Position numbers and translations under genes: made by a program. The notes below the pieces were generated by a model that searched no databases, was not told the origin of the DNA, and worked only from the letters and a program-made list of their open reading frames with translations. 58,682 nt of DNA from a virus. Location of the stretch: IMG/VR virus record IMGVR_UViG_3300026178_000071. The stretch is one strand, 5' to 3'. Of this stretch, positions 37,001 through 44,404 are shown in pieces; within the stretch, counting starts at the first letter, position 1; every line of letters starts with the position of its first letter.

Positions 37001-40000
37001 GTGCGGTCGGGGCTTCTGGTTCAACGCGCGGCGGCTCCGGCGCTGCGGTCATGGTGGGCAACTCAACGCGCGGCGCTTCCGGCGCGGGCTTCGTCAACCA
37101 ATCCGGCGCGGGTCGGGTTACTTCTGCTTCGGGTTCGGCTCGGACGGTTGGCGGAACTGCTTCCGCCATGTCGGGCTTCCCGAATCCGGCCTCCACGGGG
37201 CGATCACGGGGCGTAACCGGGACTTCTGCGGTTGCTCCGCGCTTGGCGGCTTCGTCGGCAATTTGCTGCTGCTGTTTGAGGATGATGCCATTGACTATAC
37301 CCTCTCTGTCTGTTGGTAGTTCAATGTCCCCGAACATGCTCGTCTGCTGCATGTTCGGCGTGTCACCCATGACCGTATCAGCGTACTCTTGCAGGAACTC
37401 ACGCACCATCTTCTGACGGCGGCTGATTAGGTCCAGGTGTTCGAGTAGCTGTTCCTGCAACTCGGTCAGTTCGCTCTCGTGCATGGTGACGAGCGTCCCG
37501 ATCTGGTCGGGGTGCAAGTACTCCCGCACGGTGAAACCCTGCTGCCGTAAGCGGGCCAGCATCTCAACGGCTGCGGCTATATCGGCCTCAATGGAGTATT
37601 CGCTCGCCTTGGCCCCGCTCCTGATTGCGGACTCAACCTTTGATAGCTTGCCAAGCGCACCGTATACCCCGGCCTCGATGGTCTTGATACCTGGGTCGGC
37701 GGAGTCGATGAAGATCGCGGCCAGCCGTTTACCAATGTCGCTCTGGAAGGTCTTGGCAAGCAGGGCATTCTTCAAGCGTTCCCGTCCGGCTGCGCTTAGG
37801 TTGCCTTCCTTGTCGATGAGGCTTCCGCGCTGTGCGACTGAGAAAGACTCAATGAACTCGTTGACCACTCCCTTGTTGGACGGCGATAACAGCGCGCCGT
37901 CTACGCTCTGATTGTCGCCAATCGCAAGGTAGGCTATCCGTGTATCGCTGATGCGCTCCACATCGTTGATTGCGTCCTCAGCGGCAGAGGCGGCAAGCTG
38001 GCGCTTCTCGTTGCTCTCCCGTGCGAACTGTACCAAATCTATGCCCTCGTCGTCCAGTTCTCGGACGAGTACGGGGTTCTTCATGGTCACGAACGATGCC
38101 GGGTCGATGCCAAACTGTGCGGCCCGGTCCTGTAGCATGTTCCGGTAAGCGGCAAGTTTCTGCGGCTCCCGGTCCCTGATGTAGCGCAAGGCCAGCGACC
38201 GACCGTTACCGGCCAGCACAACGTTTTCCTTCGTGACCACCATCGGCCCATCTTCCACGAACCGATGATCTACCAGTAGCCAGTCAGGATTGAACGTTGC
38301 AACGATCTCATCGACCTGAGACTTGCTCGCTTGCGCGGTGCGGTCCCGTGGCTGAAGCTCCTTCGGGAATTGTTCGTTGACACGGAACGCATCATCATGC
38401 GATACGTTCAGGTCGTCAAGGTCCACCACCTTGAACCGCAAGCTGTAAGGCTTGTCAGCCTTGATGCCGTAGGCTTGCGTATCCCGGCCCATGATACCTG
38501 GCGCTCTGATGCGGAAGTCCCAATAGTCACCGGGCGTTGCCGGTCGGAAGTCCACAACGGTAGGAGGCTCATACGGTTTGCCCTTGGGCTTCTCTAGCTT
38601 CGGCTTGGCTACTGCGTTACCTTGCGTTACAGCGCGTTTCTTGCCGCGCAACTCAGCGAGCGAACCATCATTGTACTTCTTCGCCCGCCCAAGATACTCC
38701 CACACCTTATTGTACTGCTCGCGTGATAGGTTGCGCAGATCGGGCGTGTCGAACTGTCCGGCTTCCTCGCCTGCCAGTTCCAGCGCGGCGTTGATGGTGG
38801 CCGTCTTTTCCTTGGGCGTCAGGCTCTCGACCGGGCGGGGGCGTCCGGCTCCCGCAGTCTTGTAATCGCTCATGCGCTTCCAAAGGGCGTCCATTTCCTT
38901 CCCGGTCAGGGACCGCAACTGCGGCAATAGGTCAGCGTCATCGGGTGGCGCGGCAGTTGGCGGCGGCTCCAATTCGGCCATACGCTGCTGCACGTTGGCG
39001 CGCATCGCTGGCCCCTGGCCCTGCAATACTTCTTCCTCTGGCTCACCGTCAAGAATACGGCGGGCGTACTCGTCTGCCTTGTTCCGCGCTCCCTGTGCGA
39101 TACCCTCGCCCACACCCTTGAGCGCGCTTGTTTCGTCGGCGGGCGCTGGTGCGCTTTCACCGAACGGTGAAACGGTTGGCGCTGGTGAAGTCGGTCCTGC
39201 GGGCGGCGACGGCGGACCCTTCGGCGGAACCTGTCCCGATGCTATCCGGCCCGTTGCGCGCTTTACATCCTCGTTGAACTCCAAGACGCGATTCTTCTGT
39301 CGCTCGTGCATGGCGTTCCACAGCACGCGGCGCTGCTTATTTACGTCCGCCCAAATGTCGCTGGTCGATGCGCCTGCCGCAAAGAAGGCGTCCTGCTTGG
39401 CTCGCCAGTAGTCGTTCACTAACTTGTCAGACTTGTCCCAGGTCTCTGAGACGTACTCCCGATACTTGCTCTGATTGACAATCGCAGCATCATCGAAGCC
39501 AAGCTCCGGCATCAGTTGCACGTCAAGTTCGTCCAACTCCCGCATGATCGCAAGCCGATTGCGACGACGCGCGGCCCTGGTCTCCCGCCACAATTCATTG
39601 CGGGCGAACTCGTCTAGCCCGCGCTGTACCTCGAACGTGGTCGCCATCAGCGCATCGTCAACCTCTTGCGCCTTACGCACTATCGCCACGCTCTTGTCAA
39701 GATAGGCGTTCAGGTCGTCAGCCGTGACGGTTTCAGACTCCATGATGTCGAGCGTGTCCGCTCGCAGTTCCTCAACTGCGGCGGATAGCTCGGCGTTACC
39801 GTTCATCTCCGCTTCTCTGACGGTGAGGCGGGCTACCGCTTCCTCCGGCGTGCGGGCTGCGCTTACCACTTCGTCAACGGCTTCCACAGCTTCCGGTCCC
39901 CCGGCCTTCATTGCCTCCTCGCGCACGTCCTCCGGCACGGTCAGCCGTGAGTCGGGCGGAGTCACCGCAGCGGGGGAGGGGGCAACAGTGCCTTCGGCGG

Positions 40001-42698
40001 CCTTCGGCTGCGGCTTCGTCGGTGCGGGGATAGGCTCGGCGGGCGGAGTAGTTGCCTGCGGCGTGGGGGCAGACGGGGCAACAACTGGCGCGGGAGAGGG
40101 CGCGGGCGGTCGGGCGGCTGGAGGAGCACCGCCACCCGGCCCGCCAATCATCTTCTCGATCTCGTCGCGCACTTCCTGCGGGTTCATGCACGGGTCAAGT
40201 TTGCGCTGTAGGTACTGCACTTGCGCCTTGCTGAAACCTTGCGCTTCCAACTCCTTCGTGATGCGGCGCACGGTCTTGGGCCATACCTGCTGCCAGTAGT
40301 TGCGGACGTGGTGCGCCATGATGCGCTCGGACGCATACCGCTCGAAGTTCTGCCCCAACTGTAGCGTATAGCTCAGCTTGTCTTTCAGGGTGCTGGTCTC
40401 AATGGCCTTGAACACATCGCGCAACCGCATCGGCTCGCTGATCGACTTGATGTATTCCTGCGCCTTCTGCCGGGACTTCCACATATCGCCCGCGGTCCCA
40501 AGCCCTTGCTTGGTCTGCCAGGGGGCCGGTCCCCACCGGGTCCACAGTTCCCTAAGTGAGTCGGCACGCTGGATAGGCGAGACGCCATCGACCACAGCCG
40601 TAAAGAGGTTGTTGGCTGCGTTGCGGAAAGCGTAGCCGGGGTTGGTCCCCAGGAACATGATTGACACGGCGTTCGAGACGTTGCCGCGCCACTTGCGGAG
40701 GGCCGACCGCTGCGATGGGTACTTGTACTCCGTGACCTTCATGCCGTCCACTTCTTTCGTGATCGGCGTGGCGTAGATGCGTTTGGCGGCTGACTCGTAC
40801 TCCTGTGCCAAGGCAGACACCGCGGCGAGGTCGTCACCCTTCGCCTCGTCCATGATCTTCTGCAACTTGGAGAAGTCCACGTCACCCGACCGGGCGGCAG
40901 CGGGCAGCTTGTCAACCATCTCCTTCGCTTCGATTAGGGCCTGCTGCGCCTTGTTCGCGGCGGTCTGTGCCTTGGCGATCTTGCTGGCTACTGCACCCTT
41001 GGCCCGCAAATCTTCCAAGTCCTTCACCCTGGCCTTTACGATGTTGTCCAGGTCGTTGACCTTGCTCAGCGCCTTGGCCCTGGCTGCGGTGGCCTTGGCT
41101 ACGGTGCCCTCGTCTACGGTCCCGAACATCTCCCGCATCAAGATCACGGTGCGCTTGGCCTGTCTCGATTGCGAGAAACCCCCGGTCAGTTGCACAATGT
41201 CAGGGTTGTCGGGGTCCGCCAAGAACGCCCGCAAGATCGCGGTCATCGGGTTCTCGTCAGGGTCTACAGCAAGCCGTGCGATTAGGTCGGGGTTGTTCGT
41301 CGCAGCATCGCGGGCGGCTTCGGAGATGCGTGTCACCGTGTCGGCGGACTGAATGACGTGGGCGTGCGCCAGCGATTCAGGCGTGGGTTGCCACGGCGTG
41401 ATGCGCCCCAACAGGGACAAGGCCCGCTTCTGCGCCTTGCTCGTCTCATCACCGATCTCCGCGAGCGTCAACACCCGCTGCGTGCCCTTGCGTGTCAGCG
41501 GAGTCATGGCTGGCCCGGTCAGGTCCATTGCCTTGTTGATCTTGCGGATTGTGTTGGCTTCATCGAGCACATCGAGCGCCATGAGCGGGTCACTCACCCA
41601 ATCGACAAGGAACTGATACGCCATCGGGGATTGCTCGCGGTAGGCTTCACGGGCGGCGACCTTGCCCTCGTGCGTCAGGTTCTTGAACCCTTCCCACATG
41701 CGCGCCGCGCGCTCCCGGTTCCACGCATCGTAAGCGGCTTTCCCCTGGCCTAGCGGTGCGCCCTGCTGTTGGATAGCCTCCATGCCGCGATTGAGAAAGC
41801 CTGTCCGCATCTCCCGTTCCAGGTTGGCAAGCTCTTGCCGCATGGCGTTGATTTCGGGAACGCCCATACTGGCCCGTCCGCCCCCGATTTGCGATGTGGC
41901 TTCCATGATGCTGCGCTGTAGGTCGGCCTTCTTCTCCCGGTAGGCTGACACCTTCTCGCCGTAGTCCTTCGGGCTGGTGCTCTGCCAAATGTGACCCAGG
42001 AGGGGAGCGGTTGTCACGTCCTGCACCCTGGCCGCACCGTACAGCAAGCCACCACCCAGGCCCATCGACTTAGCTACCTGCCACTCCTCGCCAAACGTGC
42101 GGGGGTCAGTCGGGACCTTGGCTTGCGCTTCCTTGCTCCCCGTGAACAGCCGGTCAATCAGGTCATACGTTGCGGGCTTCTCATACGCTTGGTTCAGAGA
42201 CGTATCTATCCGGCGCAAGGCAGGAGCAATAGCTTTACCCACGGCCTCGCCCAACTCCGGCAACTCACCCCATACACCCCGTGCCACGTCCAACCACGGT
42301 GCAACGAGCGGCGCAATCGCGGCGGCATTGCGCACACCCGGCACGGGCGGCGCTTCCCGCGTTGTCTCGATGCTCGGCGCGCCCATCTCGTTGACTTGCC
42401 GCATGGCCGACATGGTAGCGGGATTGAAGCCGGGCAACTCAGGCGGCAGTACAGGTGCGTTTACCTGCCGCATCGGGGAGAGACCGGGGTCTACGTCATG
42501 TTCCTCTGCGGGCGGAGTCCAGCGCGGAGCACCCCCGCCACCTGTCCAGCGCGTGAAGTCCGGCCCGAACGATGGACGCTCCACGCCCACGGTCGGCGGA
42601 GTCGGTGCGCTTTGCGGCTCGGTCGGTTGCTGCGGCTTGGCCTTGCTCTTTGGCAAGGTCGGGAACCATTGCCCGTAGAAGTTGATGTACTCTGCCAA
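28047..42698 (-). CDS. Giant polyvalent protein (4,883 aa): ParB-like + small KxW domain + N6-adenine-type MTase + SNF2/Strawberry-notch-type helicase, with long unassigned N- and C-terminal regions
   Basis: A single uninterrupted ORF in the track. The TTG start lies 7 nt after GGGGAG and 1 nt after the upstream stop. Motifs are listed in the sub-features. A terminator follows the stop. Confidence 0.85.
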   Translation of the reverse strand: MAEYINFYGQWFPTLPKSKAKPQQPTEPQSAPTPPTVGVERPSFGPDFTRWTGGGGAPRWTPPAEEHDVDPGLSPMRQVNAPVLPPELPGFNPATMSAMRQVNEMGAPSIETTREAPPVPGVRNAAAIAPLVAPWLDVARGVWGELPELGEAVGKAIAPALRRIDTSLNQAYEKPATYDLIDRLFTGSKEAQAKVPTDPRTFGEEWQVAKSMGLGGGLLYGAARVQDVTTAPLLGHIWQSTSPKDYGEKVSAYREKKADLQRSIMEATSQIGGGRASMGVPEINAMRQELANLEREMRTGFLNRGMEAIQQQGAPLGQGKAAYDAWNRERAARMWEGFKNLTHEGKVAAREAYREQSPMAYQFLVDWVSDPLMALDVLDEANTIRKINKAMDLTGPAMTPLTRKGTQRVLTLAEIGDETSKAQKRALSLLGRITPWQPTPESLAHAHVIQSADTVTRISEAARDAATNNPDLIARLAVDPDENPMTAILRAFLADPDNPDIVQLTGGFSQSRQAKRTVILMREMFGTVDEGTVAKATAARAKALSKVNDLDNIVKARVKDLEDLRAKGAVASKIAKAQTAANKAQQALIEAKEMVDKLPAAARSGDVDFSKLQKIMDEAKGDDLAAVSALAQEYESAAKRIYATPITKEVDGMKVTEYKYPSQRSALRKWRGNVSNAVSIMFLGTNPGYAFRNAANNLFTAVVDGVSPIQRADSLRELWTRWGPAPWQTKQGLGTAGDMWKSRQKAQEYIKSISEPMRLRDVFKAIETSTLKDKLSYTLQLGQNFERYASERIMAHHVRNYWQQVWPKTVRRITKELEAQGFSKAQVQYLQRKLDPCMNPQEVRDEIEKMIGGPGGGAPPAARPPAPSPAPVVAPSAPTPQATTPPAEPIPAPTKPQPKAAEGTVAPSPAAVTPPDSRLTVPEDVREEAMKAGGPEAVEAVDEVVSAARTPEEAVARLTVREAEMNGNAELSAAVEELRADTLDIMESETVTADDLNAYLDKSVAIVRKAQEVDDALMATTFEVQRGLDEFARNELWRETRAARRRNRLAIMRELDELDVQLMPELGFDDAAIVNQSKYREYVSETWDKSDKLVNDYWRAKQDAFFAAGASTSDIWADVNKQRRVLWNAMHERQKNRVLEFNEDVKRATGRIASGQVPPKGPPSPPAGPTSPAPTVSPFGESAPAPADETSALKGVGEGIAQGARNKADEYARRILDGEPEEEVLQGQGPAMRANVQQRMAELEPPPTAAPPDDADLLPQLRSLTGKEMDALWKRMSDYKTAGAGRPRPVESLTPKEKTATINAALELAGEEAGQFDTPDLRNLSREQYNKVWEYLGRAKKYNDGSLAELRGKKRAVTQGNAVAKPKLEKPKGKPYEPPTVVDFRPATPGDYWDFRIRAPGIMGRDTQAYGIKADKPYSLRFKVVDLDDLNVSHDDAFRVNEQFPKELQPRDRTAQASKSQVDEIVATFNPDWLLVDHRFVEDGPMVVTKENVVLAGNGRSLALRYIRDREPQKLAAYRNMLQDRAAQFGIDPASFVTMKNPVLVRELDDEGIDLVQFARESNEKRQLAASAAEDAINDVERISDTRIAYLAIGDNQSVDGALLSPSNKGVVNEFIESFSVAQRGSLIDKEGNLSAAGRERLKNALLAKTFQSDIGKRLAAIFIDSADPGIKTIEAGVYGALGKLSKVESAIRSGAKASEYSIEADIAAAVEMLARLRQQGFTVREYLHPDQIGTLVTMHESELTELQEQLLEHLDLISRRQKMVREFLQEYADTVMGDTPNMQQTSMFGDIELPTDREGIVNGIILKQQQQIADEAAKRGATAEVPVTPRDRPVEAGFGKPDMAEAVPPTVRAEPEAEVTRPAPDWLTKPAPEAPRVELPTMTAAPEPPRVEPEAPTAPQRVAPPGKTWAKDVPQGTRIRYAAQEGVVNGPAGEGYAPGAMRYELDDGRVLPLAEWAPVEVLPPTAAPAPAAPTPRRPYESPAVTWENEPGRMPPSYAPTPKAPAAPEAPRVEPEAPRVETPEDAEYRRKAEQYERERAEWNAEAEQIRTDIERGQQIAPEITRRGDLEDIGKLARLRDQGEVDDRTWETFLDAKYKENGLSRTAPTAAPEPPAAPTPKAEPKPKPKAEKEQTYSVIGTNKDGLNIYEDERGVRSIVRNGMRLSEPVRMVPTRSGIELEVNHHSWMNRDWLLPDELADMHDVPKGWVEPAPKAAPEAAQQVAPEAAKEPEIFKEGERVITRDGEHGTIDHVSSVTMQGWGGFGGKEVHYSYTVKTDQGHLVYQGGEEITREVGEAPDFIPDPVYMNLPMRPDDLWRSYEISLQSGRNSDLMASRAKKPEKIREHKRSAVYNRQKAAEKRKVFDEWAKEYPDEAMKVEGYAKTKRPAAPKVEPQAAGPTAPAATSVTGTTYKTGTGPRGDGIELHFKGKPDDATLSRVKGAGFRWSKFQKMWYATENSRTLKLARELAGEVDEVVTTPPATTLQTPPRPEPQRMPEPEPAAGPEPVAPQTYRATAGEQIVYTAYGKPPQIGEVLTVNDDIITVRFPDRDTPVILYHGEYQAAPKPDLSQAAPPPRAAQPKFERGNVAMFQGTEVTVINHDTATGYAVIELRSGNRMKVHASNLTLISETEPDRLDALRKLALQGEQPTFRGWWESELLYKDNPYYVDGKTLGQPFDYDRIKRDLQKKGYANLQEWWDAEIKPHKPERIASDLPRVEDMDERVDLLYSGLNKLHIEGTFPKDREELYKQAAQLVPGWSAYNEADIDELYDVLEAVTVDRLTKAARDVRGNVRKHIALSADWENNLIRRSRGVAITELQQFSTPYPLGVAMDYAANLRKTDIALEPNGGTGGLVAELRGRVKKVVVNELSKRRAAVLRKMGFDEVLEGDSLMLAVNGVRADVAILNPPWGKYSTGKYGTAIAGEFIPVDVAERHFAQVIKTLPDGGRMVALMPTTMLESTGFLDWLNQKHTVRAIIQSPPKAYLQRGTNVESVILVVDRGKWPGGKFISAIGGEQPKNWDELATLIERIEPRPQAVQPISEVKNVQPTGNAQGSRPGRPTSTRGGVGGTTGAVGDRGDRPGDAATGVVPARTPVDGRDADPNPTPGVAGKAGDGKAGSAGAPGAIPAKQPKPASGGGSVPAAAKRAIAAESDAELTARIQRELAEQTEAASHSEHFTIYQSRSGQRVSPHPRLVVETQTLAGAPYPELTYQPHPAIDDILRRGDISDEQYDVVRAIGQANEAGHAILVADDVGVGKSREIAGAVVDLFAKGKANRILLSTMNDNNVTGLMNEIRLVAGDLAGEYNFVRITDFKGAKAGEPLPLFDKGIYIIDKYNFNSYLDSMKQVGFDTWFADEAHEYKNVDGANVGKAWRDMHAHMMSKGARLGYFTATPATDPDDLKYLYGLREWAMDDAGWDDFINRIQGRDADDAKHAATDIDAAAAAYASSDSTEIARLNANRRQRRGNKDIFRTSMTMAEMEQLMRELKRKGKYISRDLWRGGVEFNIKENPLTQAQADEMDKVIGLMRDVELAWRKYKGANKQSGNTFGPRARLQAEYKRRMFDFRLDTVLDEAEQALERGEQVVIYTESVNPQEVGRGGLASALNTVNTWAIDELPNGTFSQPQAIPEALEEITILRERIEELPELRDPIATIEERFGKQNVGFVIGKVSASKRELMMNDFQQGRRNVMVISQAGTTGINLHDIGSGRRRLIMADYQWRADMFKQTLGRVDRSGQRSSPVVDMLHTGSAGERKFIAAIANRMQALGALAKGQAGSAGASELDVFEIFGGIGRAAMEQTWFNLPDDLKSEFLGSAFMEQLPHGGGRVPRQQPLEGAVVNNLLMELQLMPLAQAKRVEDIFVEAYDEIAAGAAEARAARTARLRGEVLRSTELLPDLTLHEVRNQANEKMGILEGVIKLTPTGEASRIKRVVQSMTGDALETLRLRYMNMRDVASGRYVSGLVIRPGNIQEVARAFGKNAQRQHSLATLMEDLRAGDRVMLSGSGGAEYMLRMRQDGMIAVDGAKMSHKVPLMEAGAEFSPRGSFWFVPEEKVNAFVERFPISTYETKGGDVLDFTGGGAGVGITAPGTPEAQELLNRIFGRSAMSTNGARIASAGAMQPVWAKMRSQLTGAPDPLPPITPDQARILRELANKKIIPNMVRDKATVANLATQMRNFALGDYADKRMINEWLAYIMPWSYWYTFTYPNWAQRLATNPSWVSNYARYKTALAKTNREYYKAVMDDQDAEMPEYWEDQIRVPFADTQLYFDLERTLMPLQALLNDFETRTRNEAPGGKAMTEIGNWGPSLHPLITWAYAAWLSSQGYREASDEWVGYLFPWSRALKGATALAREAVPGLQGVIPAGGFTPEQLFLQNVKGGDTWERRRIGYALYTLWKSGEITEEQFQDAAYKQSGEAWDMARQAEAVKRAPGNLGSYLLGAGFKARDMSDIEIDRMNKEWGEIWDARDKGASEAAWRKMLDEFEKKYPFKKAVSMARETDPAERLKDYGYSVLDRLPPGAQRKTALAEAGLTEEMMSRFYADKGDLSKWKSYEVKAFQAAIEKLAATVGVPSPTQKAEYEQYKVEQQAIYSAIEKATGHTIEEYWEANAAYYAEGADKKAVLAKYPWLKAGWEASRNTKATSATYQKYSPATGKETTATQSELSAKYDAAEKQFGTQVAGWADEYSSIPKEGDARKKWREANPEKWAQVSAYYDFIYGDTRTGSTGRYVPLYPPRKSSYGGRSYGGGGRSYGTPSTPTPDAPSTPTEPPAYETWTAADLSRMVQEERTDDPAFDTFVGLLFGTDTMALADQYYGMSAEERAAWIAKNPQAWARLLKYLLWLMKQTGVKTDYTALLASIPGNAPNVPPVPPSAAPPTDYGAIPTPPPVPPR
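31329..33101 (-). other. Domain of the giant ORF: superfamily-2 helicase, SNF2/Strawberry-notch-like (aa ~3200-3790)
   Basis: DDVGVGKS (aa 3248-3255), FADEAHEYKN (DEAH 3352-3355), YFTATPATD, ISQAGTTGINLH, QTLGRVDRSGQ (from aa 3722), GERKFIAAIANRMQALGALAKGQ. Confidence 0.75.
33729..34271 (-). other. Domain of the giant ORF: amino-methyltransferase (N6-adenine type), aa ~2810-2990
   Basis: Motif I is ALEPNGGTGGL (about aa 2842). Motif IV is ILNPPWGK (NPPW, aa 2904-2907). Confidence 0.75.
35304..35486 (-). other. Domain of the giant ORF: small DUF3560/DUF5710-like KxW module (aa ~2405-2465)
   Basis: GIELHFKGKPDDATLSRVKGAGFRWSKFQKMWYATE. A similar pattern occurs in the free-standing gene at 51483-51767. 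Confidence 0.4.
38004..38447 (-). other. Domain of the giant ORF: ParB/Srx-fold nuclease-like domain of the DdrB-ParB type (aa ~1418-1565)
   Basis: NVSHDD...FPKELQPRDR (QPRDR, aa 1449-1453) ... VVLAGNGRSLAL (GNGR, aa 1497-1500). Confidence 0.55.
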
Positions 42699-42699
42699 G

Positions 42700-43188
42700 T
42701 TATATCTCCCCGGTTTTCAGGTAGGCGACACCCGTCTGCTGCGGTGCGGCGGTCAGCATACGGCCCAGGTAGTTGAACGCATCGCTTACGGTCCACGCCC
42801 GTTGTTCGTTCGGTGCGGCAAAGCCCGTCTTGTACGAAGTCAGGCCACCCCATACCTTGCCCCAATCGTCGGCGGTCAGCGGCATACCCGTCTTGTTCTG
42901 CCATGCGTTGAGCATGTTGTAGTAGTCGTTCTGTGCGGCCTTCTCCTCGCCGCGCGTGGCGTAGTACTCGGTCGGGTCTGCGCCCAGGAAGTCCTTGAGT
43001 CCGGTCAGGTATTGCGCGGGTAGCCCGCCATAGCTCGGCACTTCTGGCGCACTCGGCGCACCACCCCCACCATAACTCGGACGGGCGACGTTGCCGAGGG
43101 AGTCCAGCCGCCTGCCGTACTGGTCGTAGCTCACGAGACCGTCATCGCTGTAGTACTTGGCGTTCGGTGGGTGATAGGTTGTTGCCAT
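42700..43188 (-). CDS. Hypothetical head-module protein with SYGG repeats
   Basis: PSYGGGGAPSAPEVPSYGG. Its stop lies 1 nt before the giant ORF start. Confidence 0.5.
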   Translation of the reverse strand: MATTYHPPNAKYYSDDGLVSYDQYGRRLDSLGNVARPSYGGGGAPSAPEVPSYGGLPAQYLTGLKDFLGADPTEYYATRGEEKAAQNDYYNMLNAWQNKTGMPLTADDWGKVWGGLTSYKTGFAAPNEQRAWTVSDAFNYLGRMLTAAPQQTGVAYLKTGEI

Positions 43189-43191
43189 GCG

Positions 43192-43398
43192 TTATACTCC
43201 GGTTCGTTGCGCTTGATGTAGGGCGCGGGCCAGTTGCCGCGCGAACTTTTCGTCTGTCCGTGCGTACTCCATTGCTTGCGGAAGGTATTCCTCGAACGTC
43301 ATCTTGGGTTGCTTCACCTGCGGAAGCCGGTCGGAGAGGCTGTCAAGCTCTCGCTCGGCACGCTGTCCGATATGATTCAACACGTCAGACACGATCAT
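43192..43398 (-). CDS. Hypothetical protein (68 aa)
   Basis: ORF track; tight packing. Confidence 0.45.
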   Translation of the reverse strand: MIVSDVLNHIGQRAERELDSLSDRLPQVKQPKMTFEEYLPQAMEYARTDEKFARQLARALHQAQRTGV

Positions 43399-43401
43399 CT
43401 A

Positions 43402-44049
43402 TCACCCCCCGTAGAAACTGCGCTGCCGGTCGTAGTAGCTGGCCTTCCAGTCGTCCTCGGTTGGCGGTCGGCCATACGTCCGGTAGAACTGATCGCCCCA
43501 CGCCTTGTCGTGCAGGGCATGGGCTACAGCGTACTCGCCGTCCCGTTCGTATACCTGATCGGGCGTCAGGTACACGGTGCGTCCATCCTTGGTCCGGTAC
43601 GGGTGCTCCTGGGCGAACTGCTGCCACCATCGGGCATCTACCCCGCGCGGCACGCCATAGACTTCGCTTCCGGCCCCCTGTGCCTGCTGTTGTGCGGCGT
43701 TCGGGGGCACGTTGCCAAGCAGCCGTTGCCGCATGATGAGCGGCGTATTCATGGCGTAGTTCAGGTCGGGCGGCATGTTGATACCGGCAGCGCCCAAACC
43801 ATATGCGTCAGCGGTCGGCATGTTGCTCCCCACCTGCGGCCCATTGGCGTAAACCATCGGCAGATACGGACGTGTTGCTGTCGGCGCGCCGTATTGTGGG
43901 CGGGTCGGCCCCATAACCGGCGCTCCTGGCTGTGCGACTGTCTGTGTCCTCGGCATGGTAGGTACGGGCGGCGGCGCAATAACCTGCTGCTGCGTTGTCC
44001 CGATCTGTGCGAAGGGGGACCGGCTTGGTCCCTGTCCTGTGTACGGCAT
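43402..44049 (-). CDS. Hypothetical Pro/Gln-rich protein (215 aa), C-terminus SFYGG
   Basis: ORF track; low-complexity N-terminal half. Confidence 0.5.
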   Translation of the reverse strand: MPYTGQGPSRSPFAQIGTTQQQVIAPPPVPTMPRTQTVAQPGAPVMGPTRPQYGAPTATRPYLPMVYANGPQVGSNMPTADAYGLGAAGINMPPDLNYAMNTPLIMRQRLLGNVPPNAAQQQAQGAGSEVYGVPRGVDARWWQQFAQEHPYRTKDGRTVYLTPDQVYERDGEYAVAHALHDKAWGDQFYRTYGRPPTEDDWKASYYDRQRSFYGG

Positions 44050-44052
44050 GTG

Positions 44053-44403
44053 TTACCTCACTCTCTCAATCAACCGGACCAACCCGGTCACGCACCAGAC
44101 AAGCACACGGGCGACGAGACTGTACTCTGACACGGGCTTTTCCTCACCCTGCATCTCGACCGGCACGAACTCCCCGGTAAGCCAGCACCCGTCATGGGGC
44201 ATCGTCGCGCGCTGTGGGTCATCGTCGTCGGGCAACCACACGAATGATTCGTCATGCGCCCCGCACTTGGGACACTGAACACCCTCGACACCGATTGCCG
44301 CGATGCCTTCCCACTTCGCACCACATGCCGGACAAACGAACGAAACATGGAGGAACCCAGGGAACACCGTGACCGTGCTTGCCTGTGCCTCGCGCCACGC
44401 CAT
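44053..44403 (-). CDS. Zinc-ribbon protein with C-terminal hydrophobic helix
   Basis: CPACG...CPKCG, then YSLVARVLVWCVTGLVRLI. Confidence 0.45.
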   Translation of the reverse strand: MAWREAQASTVTVFPGFLHVSFVCPACGAKWEGIAAIGVEGVQCPKCGAHDESFVWLPDDDDPQRATMPHDGCWLTGEFVPVEMQGEEKPVSEYSLVARVLVWCVTGLVRLIERVR

Positions 44404-44404
44404 G

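Noticed and set aside
28047-42698. Idea that the giant ORF is an N4-like virion RNA polymerase
   Set aside because: I found no single-subunit RNAP-like or double-psi-barrel DxDGD-type motifs by eye. The readable motifs are ParB-like, MTase and SF2 helicase. An RNAP cannot be fully excluded for the unassigned ~2,500 residues without profile searches.
28382-42904. Dozens of 60-330-aa ORFs in other frames or on the opposite strand within the giant gene
   Set aside because: All are nested in one uninterrupted 4,883-codon frame that carries recognisable enzyme motifs. The alternatives are Arg/Pro/Ser/Ala-rich products typical of off-frame reads in GC-rich DNA.
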